Assembly (NCBI RefSeq): GCF_009914755.1
Contig: NC_060926.1
Reading direction: 5' to 3' (one strand)
Length of the DNA stretch: 64,000 nucleotides
DNA from: the human T2T-CHM13v2.0 reference genome, Homo sapiens
Made by a program: the position numbers and the translations under genes. Of the stretch, positions 29,907 through 42,535 are shown one piece after another. Under the pieces are notes generated by a model that saw nothing but the letters and a program-made list of their open reading frames with translations, was not told where the DNA came from and did not search any database. Position 1 is the stretch's first letter; every line of letters begins with the position of its first letter.

Positions 29907-30222
29907 TGTTTGTTTGTTTGTTTGTTTTAAGAGATAGTAGGGTCTTGCTCTGTCTCCCAGACTAGAGTGCAATGGTGTGATCATGGCACACTGCAGCCTT
30001 GAACTTTTAGGCCCAAGGGATCCTCACTCTACAGCCTCCCGAGTAGCTGGGACTATAGGCATGCACCACCACACCTGGCTATTTTTTGGGTGGTGGGTGG
30101 GAGGTAGAAACGGAGTCTTGCTTTGTTGCTCAGGTTGGGCTTGAACTCCTGTGCTCAAGTGATCCTCTCACCTCAGCCTTCTAAAGTGCTGCAATCATTA
30201 GCATGAGCCATTGCACCCAGCC
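29907..30222 (-). mobile_element. AluJ-like element with (TTTG)n tail
   Basis: Full dimer; TSD tagtgctttt (29897-29906, 30223-30232). Confidence 0.93.
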
Positions 30223-32295
30223 TAGTGCTTTTAGAAAACATACCATGTTTACTCTAAAGAAAACTAAGCTGAGTCAAAGGGAAACAGTTTTAGGGTTTTC
30301 AGATAATTTGTACTAGATTCTGATCCCATTTTATACCAGTTTTCAAGTTTGATTAGTTTTTAACATTACCTGACGTTTTGATGAATTAGCATTCTCATTT
30401 GTTTCTATTTTAGGATTATTTCTAGTACAGTTTTTCTCTCAACTAATGCCAAGTATTTAAATCTGCCTGTTGTTTTTTGATATTACAATCTGAACCAGTT
30501 TCCCCCCTTTACTATTACAATTAGTCATCCACCTAATTAGTTTCTTGTATTTCTCTCTGGGAAAGTTAAAAGCATTTTTTAAAAGAACACTGAGTTTACT
30601 GTTGATTGATAGCCAGTAAGTTTTGGTTAGTGAGACCGCTCTCAAGTCAGAAAGTGATAAGTAATCAGTAGCAAATAAGATCATTCTATCTAGCCCAAAC
30701 TGTTTCTCACCAAGGTGTCTTAGAAGGGGATTCTGGTACATGGCAAGTGGCAGATGGAGTGAGTTGGGCTCTCCACGCTTACCCCCTCTTTCAACCAGAT
30801 CACATCCATTTTTAATCTAATCTATATGCTGGGGGGGAGGATGTGCAATATAAGATTTTCCTTGAAATAAGAATTCTAATTTTGTTTTTTTAAGTTTGAT
30901 AAACTAGAGTTTTAAAAGGTCAAATCCACTCATAAACTCATCTGAAGGGCCCAGTGCTTGAGCATGTGATGAGTGAGGGGAGTGGGGGACCACTTCCCCC
31001 TTGGCGCAAGGGGATCTTATAATGCTCTCTTCTAATTGCCTGCCTGTGTACCACAGTTTACTTCTGCTGTGATAGATTTAGTTGATTAAGTGTATTTTTA
31101 ACACTTATTTTTAAGTTTACATGGAATGAGTACAGTCTGTGAAAAATGGCACCATTCAGGGACAAACAAAATTCATTCAGAATATAAATATTTTATCAGA
31201 CTGATATCTGACACCCATCTATTTGGAAATGTCTAGCTAATTACATCAATTTTTCTTTCTCTTTTTTTGGGGAGTATCTCATAAACTTAGCCATTTTCCT
31301 TGGCATAAAAAGCAAATATATAAGCACTTACATAAATTACTTAATGTTATGTTTATGTTCTTAATAGCTCAGTTTAGCTGTTAACCTGCCTTCTTGGTAA
31401 CAAAAGCTCTGCCTTTACTCTTATCCAGACAACTTGTTTACTTAACCCCCAGCCTTACTCGAGGGTCGCAAGGGAATCCTTGTCCAGGTATGATAGGAAT
31501 ATCCTGTTGCTCCTTGGGAACTGTCTTTGTTTGCTTTTGAAGTGGTAGGGAAATCTGAGTCTCAACACTTAATTATAGGTAGCTGTATAGCATAGGTAGT
31601 TGTAGCAGCACCCACATTTCCCAAACATGTATTTTCTAGAACAGTATCAGTGGAGAAGCTAGGAAGGAATCAGAGAAACTGAAATCATCTGTGGAGGGTT
31701 TTCCTAATTTTTTTTGGCATACTGTCCTTACCCCTGGAGCCATGGGAGAAAATGGGAGAATTAGTGTCCTTGGAGCCAAAGGAAGGGAATGGAGGAGTTT
31801 TGTATCTTCAAAAGCCTTATAGGTGATTTTGACAGGCAGCTTATTTTCCAATGTAAGATAAAATTTGTACCACAAATAGCTGTAAACTTCTAAGCAAGTA
31901 GGATAATTTTTCTAAACTAAACCCCCATATACCTCCAAGTACATCTTCAGATTCTTATGGCTCAGGGATCTCATTTAAAGTATAATGGTTCTATTGACGA
32001 AACAACAGTCATTTTATAGCCATCATTTTTTTTCTTTTACTTTTCACAATTTTGTGAATCATCCAAAGGGAAAAAACTTCTTATTTAATGATGGTCCTCA
32101 ATTGAAGAAAATTTGTAGGGTAGGACTTTAAGAAAAACCGTCTTAAAATATAAACTTGAAAACTTAGGAACATCTAAGAATAAGTACTCAGAATTGTAAG
32201 TCCAATTTGAGAAACATTGAACTAAGGTGTTTAGTTTCATGATCACTGATATAGAATCCAACCCCAATTTGCTGGTGTGATTGCACACTAGATAA

Positions 32296-32596
32296 TTTTT
32301 TTTTTTTTTTTTTTTTTTGGAGTCTCACTCTGTCACCCAGGCTGGAGTGTAGTGGCGTGACCTCAGCTCACTGCAACCTCCGTCTCCCGGGGTCCAAGTG
32401 ATTCTTCTGCCTCAGCCTCCCAAGTAGCTGAGATTACAGGCGTCTGCCACCACACCCAGCTAATTTTTGTGTTTTTAGTAGCGACAGGCTTTCACCATTT
32501 TAACCAGGCTGGTCTCGAATTCCTGACCTCAACTGATTCACCCTCCTTGGCCTCCCAAAGTGCTGGGATTACAGGCATGAGCCACTGTGCCCGGCC
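32296..32596 (-). mobile_element. AluS-like element
   Basis: Full dimer with T tail; TSD tagataa. Confidence 0.95.
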
Positions 32597-33402
32597 TAGA
32601 TAAATCTTTTATTTGAGAATAAAAGATTTTCATGGCTTTTCATCCTGACAATAAGGAAGTTTTAAGTTTTTAAATTATAGATGGAATACCAGAATTTGAA
32701 GGAAACTTTGAGATTACCTAATACAAGCCCCTTAATTCATAGATCTCTAAACTGAGGATCAGAAAGATTGACACAAGGTCACTCAATAAATGGGGCATTT
32801 ATCTCGTTATCTTGGCATTTGAAAGCTAGGCTATATGAAAAATTAGAGATACTTATAAATTTCATTAATTCATTCATTCATCAGATATTTATTGAGCTAT
32901 TATTAGATATTGTTCTAGAATTTAGACCCTAGTGATCTTGAAATGAATAGGGCAAAGTCCCTGCCTTCTTGATTTCCCTTTAGTGGGAGAGAAATGCAGT
33001 AAACAAGTAAACAAAAATTTCAGGTCTTTGTAAGCATTATACAAGTAATACAGCAGGTTAAGGGAAGAAAGATTTTGTTTAAGGTAGTGTAGTGTGACTA
33101 TTTTAGGTATATTGTTGTTAGGGAAGACATCTATCTGTAAGGAAGAGAGGAAGGTAAGTTATGCAAAGATGAGAATAGCCTTCTAGGTAGAAGGACAGCA
33201 AATGCAAAGGCCTTGGTGTTGGAGTACTCCTTAAGTTATATTAATACAAACATAGGAGCATTCTAATTGGAGTTCATTTGAATTAATAAAGTTAAATCCA
33301 TTAAGTCGAAATGTTTTTTTTTTTTTGAAGTTTTTTTTCTCTAGACAATGAAGGGGGTATCCTCAAGGCAGAAAAAGAATTACTTTTTCTTTTATTTTTT
33401 AG

Positions 33403-33558
<156 letters not shown>

Positions 33559-33629
33559 TAATCTTTGGAATATGTATGATTAGATGCCAAGCATTGTGTA
33601 AGTAATTAAAAATAGAGAATCCTGTTTTG

Positions 33630-33803
33630 TAAATAAAATAGTAAATATTTGCTTTGCAGTTCATCTGGTCTGCAACTACTCACCCTTGCCTTTGTAATGC
33701 AAAGGCAGCCATACACAATATGTAAAAGAATGAATGTGTTTGGGATCTATTAAAACAAGCAGCTAGCCAGATTTGTCCCATGGGCTATAGTTTGCCAACT
33801 CCT
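33630..33803 (+). mobile_element. MER58A-like DNA transposon
   Basis: atagtaaatattt...tgcaactactca...gcagccatacacaat...tagtttgccaactcctg. Confidence 0.7.
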
Positions 33804-34579
33804 GTTGTAGACCATGTAATACAGTTGCACATTTGAAATCTCTTCATTATTTAGGGTATTTTTTTCTTGAAAGGGACAAGGAGTAAGGGGATATAGATAA
33901 CAACAGCACTTACTACTTGCTGTGTCTAATTTATTTTATGAACGTTTCCATTATTTAATAATTATTTATTGAAAATCTAATGTGCCAGGCATATCATACA
34001 TGTATACATATAGATTGCAACTCATTAATGGGTTGAAAACCTACAATTTTAAAATACACATTTATACATTATGCAGTGTTATATTAACAAATATTTATTG
34101 AACATCTCTTATACAAGTTATAATAGAAAATGGATCCTTGCTTTATTTATAGGAAAACAGGAACAGTTAGACAAGCTTCTAAATAACCAGGGCATTAGTT
34201 AAAAATCAGTCTGTACCATAACACCTTCATATTCAGATTGTCCACACACCAGCTACATTAGCATCACCTAGAATCTTGTTAGAAATGCAGACTTTCAGAC
34301 CTAATGGCTCAAAATCTACGCTTTAACCAGCTCTCCAATGTCTACTCTTGTAGTTAGACATTAGAGAAACACTACCATAGAGAAGACCATGGGAAGCCCT
34401 GTAGGAGCTCATAGGCTCTGACTTTCAAGCTGGCCAACACCCAGGTTGCTGCCTTACAGATAAACAACATTTGAACTAGGCCTTAAAGCATAAGTAAGAC
34501 TTGAACATACAAAGAAATGTTACCCTAGGCAAAATAAACATCACAGGCAAGGGCTAGGAGATAGAAAAGGCATAGAACA

Positions 34580-34990
34580 GATCCCGCAATCCCACCACTG
34601 GTTGCACATCCAAAGGAAATGAAATCAGTACGTTGAAGAGATGTATGCACTCCCATGTTTATTGGAGCATTATTCATAGTACCCAAGATATGGAGTCAAC
34701 CTAAGTGTCAATCAACAGACAGATAAAGAAAATGTGGTGTATAGATATACATACAATGGAATACTATTCAGCCATTAAAAAAAGGAAATCCTGTCATTTA
34801 TGACAACATGGATAAACCTGTAGGGCATTATTTTAAGTGAAATAAGCCAGGCATTGAAAGCCAAATACCACATCATCTCACTTATATGTGGAATCTAAAA
34901 AAGTTGAACTCATAGAAGTAGAGAGTAGAATTGTGGTTACCAGGAATGTGAGGTTTGGGTGGAGCGGGGTGGGTTGGGAAGGTGTTGGGG
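34580..34990 (+). mobile_element. L1MA-like fragment (ORF2 end / 3'UTR)
   Basis: gcaatccca...ccaaaggaaatgaaatcagta...caacctaagtgtc...acaatggaatactattcagcc. Confidence 0.85.
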
Positions 34991-35138
34991 AGCAAAAAAG
35001 ACATAGGACATGTTTAAGAAACAATATGCTTGGCTAGCATGCATAGAACGTGAGGGTGAACAGTGGGGAATTAAGTTTTAAAAAGTTTCTGAAGTCTAGT
35101 AATAGCACTTGGGATGTCAGGATAAGAGGTTTTTTTGA

Positions 35139-35454
<316 letters not shown>

Positions 35455-37767
35455 TAAGAGTTATTTTTGATCAGAGGCATGATATGCTTAGAACCTGACT
35501 TTAGAAACATGATTTCACAACAGTATAGAAGGAACACTGTAAGAGAAGATTTGAAATGGAGAGTGTGTTTAAGAGGAGCTTGCTACTACCCAAACAAAAG
35601 GTACGAAGAGTCTGGATTACCATGGTAGCAGTGGGAATGGAGGTACCAATAGGCAAATAAATAAAGCATGGCACTGGTCGGATAGACGAAGTGAAAGAAG
35701 GAGGAGGAATCAAAGAGGAATTCAAAGTTTCCTGCCTGGGTGACCAGTAGTATGGTAGTACCATTAGCATTTTCAATTTAGGTAGAAGTAGAAGGATTGA
35801 GGAAGGAGGTAAAGAGTTTATTTTTAAGGAAGCAATTAGAATGTGGGACTAGGAATTAATGGTAAAGGCTAGAGCTCAAGATTTCAGGATCATAGTTAAG
35901 ATTGTTGTTGGTTATTACACCAAAACGTAGTATTTCCCTTTTAAAAATAAATACATCTTAAAAAATATTTTATCCAAGAGACAGTGTATAAAATTTACCA
36001 AGTGTAGCAATAAGACTTTTGAGAGAACTAAGCTTTAAAATAAAGTTGATGGGCCCATACAAATGAAATCCCAGCAGAATTAGGGTTGGCTTTGAAAAGT
36101 ATGCCCTGATTATAGTGTTTCAACTGGAAATCCCCATTAGTGCTAGATTGTAGGGAAAATATTTCTTATCTTTCTAGTATACGTTTTCATGCTGTGGAGA
36201 TTAGATAAAGAGAAATAAATCGCTCACCGTATTTTAAATAGTTAACCTTTTATAAGTAAAAAAGTTATGACTTAAGTAATTATTCAGCAGACTGTAGGAA
36301 TGGTTTTCATTTCTCTTTAACATTACACGTTTAAGTAAATTTGTATTGGTACTACTGCCAGGAAATAACCTATTTATGGTTACTGCTGCCCATCTACAGA
36401 AGTTTTTCCTATTTTACAGTTTTAAAAAATCTCTGTAGTACTCAAAAACTTGTAAGGTTTGGTTATAAAATGAAAACAATGTGTAAGCTGTGATATGAAA
36501 GAGTCCAAATTTGGGAATGTAATTCCCTCTGTGATTGAAAGAAATACGGTGGGTTTTTTTAGTAACACTTAAAATATAAAAAGAAAGGCCCATGCTACCA
36601 ATTCTTCATAGTATTCTTTTTAATTGGTTGGTGTTTTAAGCTAAGGTAATTGCTGTTGGATGCCAGTTAGGTCCTAAAGTAAAAGAAGGTTAGAGAATAA
36701 TTAAATTCTTACGTCCCAAGTTTTCAGTTTCAAGTCTGAATTCCACACAAATTCTGCTTGATTATTATTAGACATTTGATTTTTTTCTAATTACTGAACC
36801 ACAACACCCACAGTTCTGTTACTCCAAGTCTCCTAATTTATTCATGCGGAGATGCATCTGCTATTTTTTTTTAATTTTGATAATGTTTGATTACATATTT
36901 GTAAATGAATGTGCAGGTGAAAAAATGAATTGTGAAGAACATTTTAAGAATAGCATAGAAACAAAAATTTGCCTTTTTTTTCCCAAGCATGTAGTGCTAT
37001 AAATTTGGAGATCTGACGGTTTACTGTTCAGGTAGAAATACTGACCTACTTAGTAACCTGAAAGAAAGTTTCAGTATTTCTTTTATATGCTTACATATGA
37101 AATATGTAAATATACAATTACAATTGGTTTAATACAGTAGCTATATTAAATGGAGAAATCTCATTTGGTAGTACAATATGATAAAAACAACAGATATAAA
37201 TATTGGGGAAAACAGGTAAGATGATTATTATTTGGATATGATAGAATGTGTTTGCAATCAAACATAAAAATCTAAGAGAATAAACTTAGAAAACTCTTAG
37301 AACTGTTTTAATCAAGAATTATGTAGGTGGTAAACAGTTATATAAACTGAAAACAGTTGAAAAATATAATAGGCAAATCAGTTCACAGTACCATCTAAAA
37401 TTATAAAAATATTCAGGAATTAACCATCACAAGAAATGTAAATGTATAAGTGTGTATGACCTTTGTGAAGAAAATGAAAAACATTTGTAAATAAATTGGG
37501 ACATAACCATGTTTCCAAATGGGAAGACTTAGTATTGTAAAGCTGCTGTCAGGCTTCCCAAAGGTTACTATAATTCTAGTAAGAATATTAATGTGAGCTT
37601 TGAAAAATTTGATAACATGACATTAAAGTTTATCTTCATAAAATAACAACTAACATTTACTGAGTGTTTGTTACGAGTCAGAATGGAAGAAAATATTTTT
37701 ACCTATAACACAGAGTGAGCTAGTATCCAAAAATGCATAATATTCAGAGAATTCCTATAAAATATTT

Positions 37768-37914
37768 ATTTTATTTTTGTTTTTTATTTCTGTAAGTTAT
37801 TGAGGAACAAGTGGTGTTTGGTTCCATGAGTAAGTTCTTTAATGCCGATTTGTGAGATTTTGGTGCACCCATCCCTTGAGCAGTATATACACTGCACCCA
37901 ATTTGTAGTCTTTG
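37768..37914 (-). mobile_element. 5'-truncated L1PB-like 3' end inside an older L1M remnant
   Basis: 14-bp TSD cctataaaatattt (37754-37767, 37915-37928). Confidence 0.8.
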
Positions 37915-38739
37915 CCTATAAAATATTTTTTTAAAATAAGTTGAGCAAAAGAGAAAACTCACTGAAGACAAATGGTGTATAAACATGGAAAAGTTCTAGC
38001 CTTTTTAAGTCGTCAAAAAAAGTTAAAATAAATAGAAAAATATTTTTTCCTTTTAAATAAAAAAGAATTTTTTTAGGAAAATATACCACTAGTGGGAAAG
38101 TAATTGATACATTTTTGGAGGCCGTCTTTCAGTTTTAAGTGCATATAACTCTTTAAACCACATGTTCTCTTTAAAGGATTTATTATGAAAAATAAAATTT
38201 CACAAAAACATACAGAAATATCTACAACCTGCTGTTAGATGTACAAAATTAAATTGTATAACAATGTTAAAATAATTCCTATCACGTTATCTTCTCTCCC
38301 TTTTTCAAAAGTATCTCTATCTTGCATATATGTCAACATATTGTGTTGGTAACAGTGTGTGTGAGGCAGGAGACTCCTATACTTTATGTAACGCCTGAAT
38401 TATTTTCAGTTTTTGCATTAAACAAGTAATACTTAGATCTAAGGTTGTGTTAGCTCAAAATAACAATGGCTTAAACAAGGTAGAAAGGTATGTCTCATAT
38501 TTCAAGTCCAATATAAAACTTCAAAGACATTAGAGACCCAGGTTCCTTCTATCTCTCTGCTCTGCTTTCCTTGTGTTGGCTTTCTTCCTTTAGGTCACCT
38601 CATGATTCATTGTGATTGCGATAGCTTCAGCCATCTCATCTGGGTTTCATGCAACAGGAAGAGAAGAAAGGGCAAAAGGGGGATAAATCAGTTTCCTTTC
38701 AGGATCCTTTCCATAAGTTCCACACAGCACTCCTGATTA

Positions 38740-39727
38740 CAACCGGCCCTGGAACTATATGGATTTGGACTGTATAGGGCCACTTATACATGGATTTTTC
38801 TCATAAATATATTAGAATCTTTTTTGAGATGTACAACAATTTGAAAAAAACCTCAAACTGCATAGCCCAGAATTATTATTTTTATTTTTATTATTAAAGA
38901 CAAGGTCTCACTGTGTCACTCAGTCTGGAGTACAATAGCATGATCATGGTTCACTGTAGCTTCCACCTCTTGGGCTCAAGCAATCCTCCTGCCTCAGCCC
39001 CCCAAGTAGCTGGGACTACAGGCATGTGCCATCATGCCTGGCTAATTTTTTGTAGAGATGGGGTTTCACTCTGTTGCCTAGGCTGGTCTTGAACTCCTGG
39101 GCTCCAGCAATCTGCCTGCCTTGGCTTCCCAAAGTGCTGGGATTACAGGCATGAGCCATAGCACCTGGCAGCCCAGAAATATTGAAAAAAAAAAACAAGG
39201 TATGTCACAAACGCATAAAATATAGGAGACACTAGTCTGTTTTATCATTTGCTACCATAAAACATACACTAATCTACTATAAAATAAAAATTTGTCAAAA
39301 TGTATACATACATAGATGTACATGGCACCATTCTCAGTTAAGAAAGTTGAATTGCTTGATATGTACTATAGATAGAGGTCTGCAGCTGCTGTTGCCTGCC
39401 ATTTCAGACAGGCAATTCACCTTGTAAACAGATAATGTAAACTTATTGTATTGATAAATAAGTACGGTACTGTAAATGTATTTTCTTTTCCCTACACCTT
39501 TCCTAATAACATATTCTTTTCTCTAGCTTACTTCGTTGTAACAATATAGTATATGATGTATATAACGTACAAAATATGTGTTAACTGTTTATATTATCAG
39601 TAAGGCTTTCAGACAACAGTAGGCTATTAATAGTTAAGTTTGAGGAGAGTCAAAGTGACATACAGATTTTCACCTGTGACGGGTTAGCACCCATAACCCT
39701 CATCCCCATTTGTTCAAGGGTCAACTG
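38740..39727 (+). mobile_element. Tigger2-family DNA transposon, interrupted by an Alu and inserted in an MLT1-like MaLR LTR
   Basis: TA flanks; degenerate left TIR caaccggccctggaac and right TIR gttcaagggtcaactg; flanks rejoin as MLT1-like ...gatta|catctcatttgacagaac. Confidence 0.75.
38873..39169 (-). mobile_element. AluJ-like element
   Basis: Dimer; TSD agcccagaa (38864-38872, 39170-39178). Confidence 0.93.
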
Positions 39728-40579
39728 TACATCTCATTTGACAGAACGTAGTTAAATGGACGCAACTAGCTGCAAGAAAGCTTATGCAGTGTGTGCAATG
39801 TGGTCTTTTAGCTGGGGTCATTGATACCTTTAGTAAAATCAGAGTTATGTTACAGCAGAAGAAGGGGAAGATGGACATTAAGAAGGTGACTGTCGGATTC
39901 TGCCATAGAAATTTTTTCCAACAACCTTAACTACAGTTTCTCTTACATACATATATACACACACAAGCATGTGTGCACATACATATATGATCTTTATTAT
40001 TCATCTCTATTTCATGTAATTACATTCTGAAATTGAATTCTCTGTGAAATTTTTATGAAGCAACTATGTTGTTTAGGGCCACTTAATAAATCATGCATTT
40101 GACATTATTATTATTATTATTATTCAGGTTGTATCAGTGAAAAGTAATGATTTCCCCAATTGCCATGAATGTTTCTTTGAGGTCTTTGGAGATACATAGG
40201 ACTGTGTTTAAGCCCCAGTGTCATTGCTTATTGTGTGTATGGCTAGAGGTAAGTCAGCCTCTCTGAACTGTGTTTCCTTATCTCTAAAATGAGGTTAAGG
40301 ATTGTGATATATGTGAAGTATCTGGCACATGATAGGCATTTAATAAAATGATAGCTACAACCACTTCTGATGTTATTAATATTCTTGACTCCTCTCTCTT
40401 TCTCACATCTACTCAATCAGTAAACCATTCTGACTAAATTCTTGAATTAATCTGCCTCTTCGCATTGCCAGTTCCACTGCCTTACCTCTTAATTGGTTTG
40501 CTTGCATCTCCAGTCTTTCCCATTCAAATCAATTTTCCATTCTGTAGAATGATCTTTCTAAAATGCATATTGGTCATGC

Positions 40580-41875
40580 ATCAAAGAAAACTATTTAAAA
40601 AAAGAGAAAAGACAACCTACAAAGTGGGAGAACGTTTTTGCAAATCAGGTATCTGATAAAGGTCTAATATCTAGAAAATAGAAAGGCATGTGTGGTGGCA
40701 CATGCCTGTAAGCCCAGCACTTTGGGAGGCCACAGCAGGAGAGGATCATCACTTGAACCCAGGAGTTCAAGGCCTGGGCAACATAGAGAGACCCTGTCTC
40801 TACACAAACACACACAGAATTAGCTGGGTGTGGTGGCATGCACCCGTGGTCCCAGCTACTCAGGATGTTGAGGTGGGAGGATCACCGAGGCCCAGGAGGT
40901 CAAGGCTGCAATGAACCGTGATCATACCACTGTACTTCAGCCTGGGCAACAGAGCAAGGCTCTGTCTCTTAAACAAAACAAAACAAAACAAAAATGAAAA
41001 GAAAGTATACAAGAATTAAAAACAGGAAAAAAAAAAGAAACTATAAAGAACTCTTGCAATGCAGCAACAAGAAGACAATCCAGTACAAAATTAGGCAAGG
41101 ACTTGGATAGAAATTTCCCAGAGAAGATATGCAAATGGTTACAAACACATAAAAAAGATGTTCAATCAATTATTGGTCATTAGAAAAATGCAAATCAAAA
41201 CCACAATGGCTAGAATCAAAATAATGAAAAATAACAAATGTTGCCAAGGGTATGAAGAAATTACTAGTGGGGATATAAAATGGTACAGCCACTGTGGAAA
41301 ACAGTTTGGTGGTTCCTCAAAAAGTTAAACAGACAGTTCCCATATGAGCCAGCAATTCTGCTCATAAGTATATACCCAAAAGAATTGAAAATAGGTATTC
41401 AAACAAAAAGCGTGTATATGAATGTTCATAGTAGCACTGTTCACATTAGCTAAAGTTGGAGACAATCCAAATGTCTATCAGTAGATGAGTGGATAAACAA
41501 ATTGAGGTATGTACTTACAACATACTATTACTCAGTCATAAAAAGGAATGGAGTGCTGATACATGCTACTACATGGATGGACCTCTAAAACATGGTAAGT
41601 GAAAGAAGACAGATGCAAAAGGCCACATATTATATGATTCAATTTATATGAAAAAAACAGACTAGGCAAATCCATAGAGACAGAAAACAGATGTGTGGTT
41701 GCCAGGGACTTGGGCAAGGCAGGAATGGGGAGGTAACAGCTTAATGTGTACTAGGTTTTCCTTTGGGGTAATGAAACGTTTTGGAATACAGGTGATTGGG
41801 GCACTAAATGTGATTGAATCGTACACTTTAAAATGGTTAATTTTATGTTATGTGAAATGTACCTCATTTTTAAAA
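40580..41875 (+). mobile_element. L1MB-like 3' fragment, interrupted by an Alu and inserted in L2-like sequence
   Basis: Decayed ORF2 end and 3'UTR (atgcaaatcaaaaccacaat, gtggaaaacagtttggtggttcctcaaaaagttaaac); TSD-like aaaatgcatattggtcatg / aaaatgcaaattggttcatg. Confidence 0.85.
40685..40995 (+). mobile_element. AluJ-like element
   Basis: Dimer with (CAAAA)n tail. Confidence 0.93.
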
Positions 41876-42237
41876 ATGCAAATTGGTTCATGTCACTACC
41901 GTGCTTTTAAAAAGCCTTTGATGACTGACTTCTCATTGCCTTAGAATGAGGTCCAAACCCCATTTGGCTCCTGCTTGCCTCTGTTGCTTTATTTCTTATC
42001 ACTGTTGTGTTGTTGAAATACTGAGTAATTTGCAGTTCTTCTAACTTATAATGCTTTTTCTTGCTTCCTGGCCTGAAGCACTCCTTACTACTATATTCCC
42101 ATCCCCACTCCTTTTCATTCAATTCTCAGCCTAACCCTTTCTCACTTTTGAGACCCTCACCATACCACCAAATGAGTGCTATTTACTCCTTCTTTATATG
42201 CCAGTAGAACTTTGTTCTTCTATCAAATGAATTTAAA

Positions 42238-42535
42238 TTTTTTTTTTTTTAAGGGACCAGGTCTTGCTCTGTTGCCTAGGCGGGCTGCATGATACTATCA
42301 TAGCTCACTGCAGTCTTGAACTCCTGAGTTTAAGCAGTACTCTTGCCTCAGCCTCCTGAGTAGCTAGGACTCCAAGCACTCACCACTATGCCTGGCTATT
42401 TTTTTTTTTCTTTTAAGATACAAAGTCTTGATGTGTTTCCCTAGGTGGTCTCAACCTCCTGGCCTCAAGTGATGCTTCCCCCTCAGCCTCCTGAGTAGCT
42501 GAGATTATTACAGTTGTGAGCCACTATGCCCAGCC
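42238..42535 (-). mobile_element. AluJ-like element
   Basis: Diverged dimer with T tail. Confidence 0.9.
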
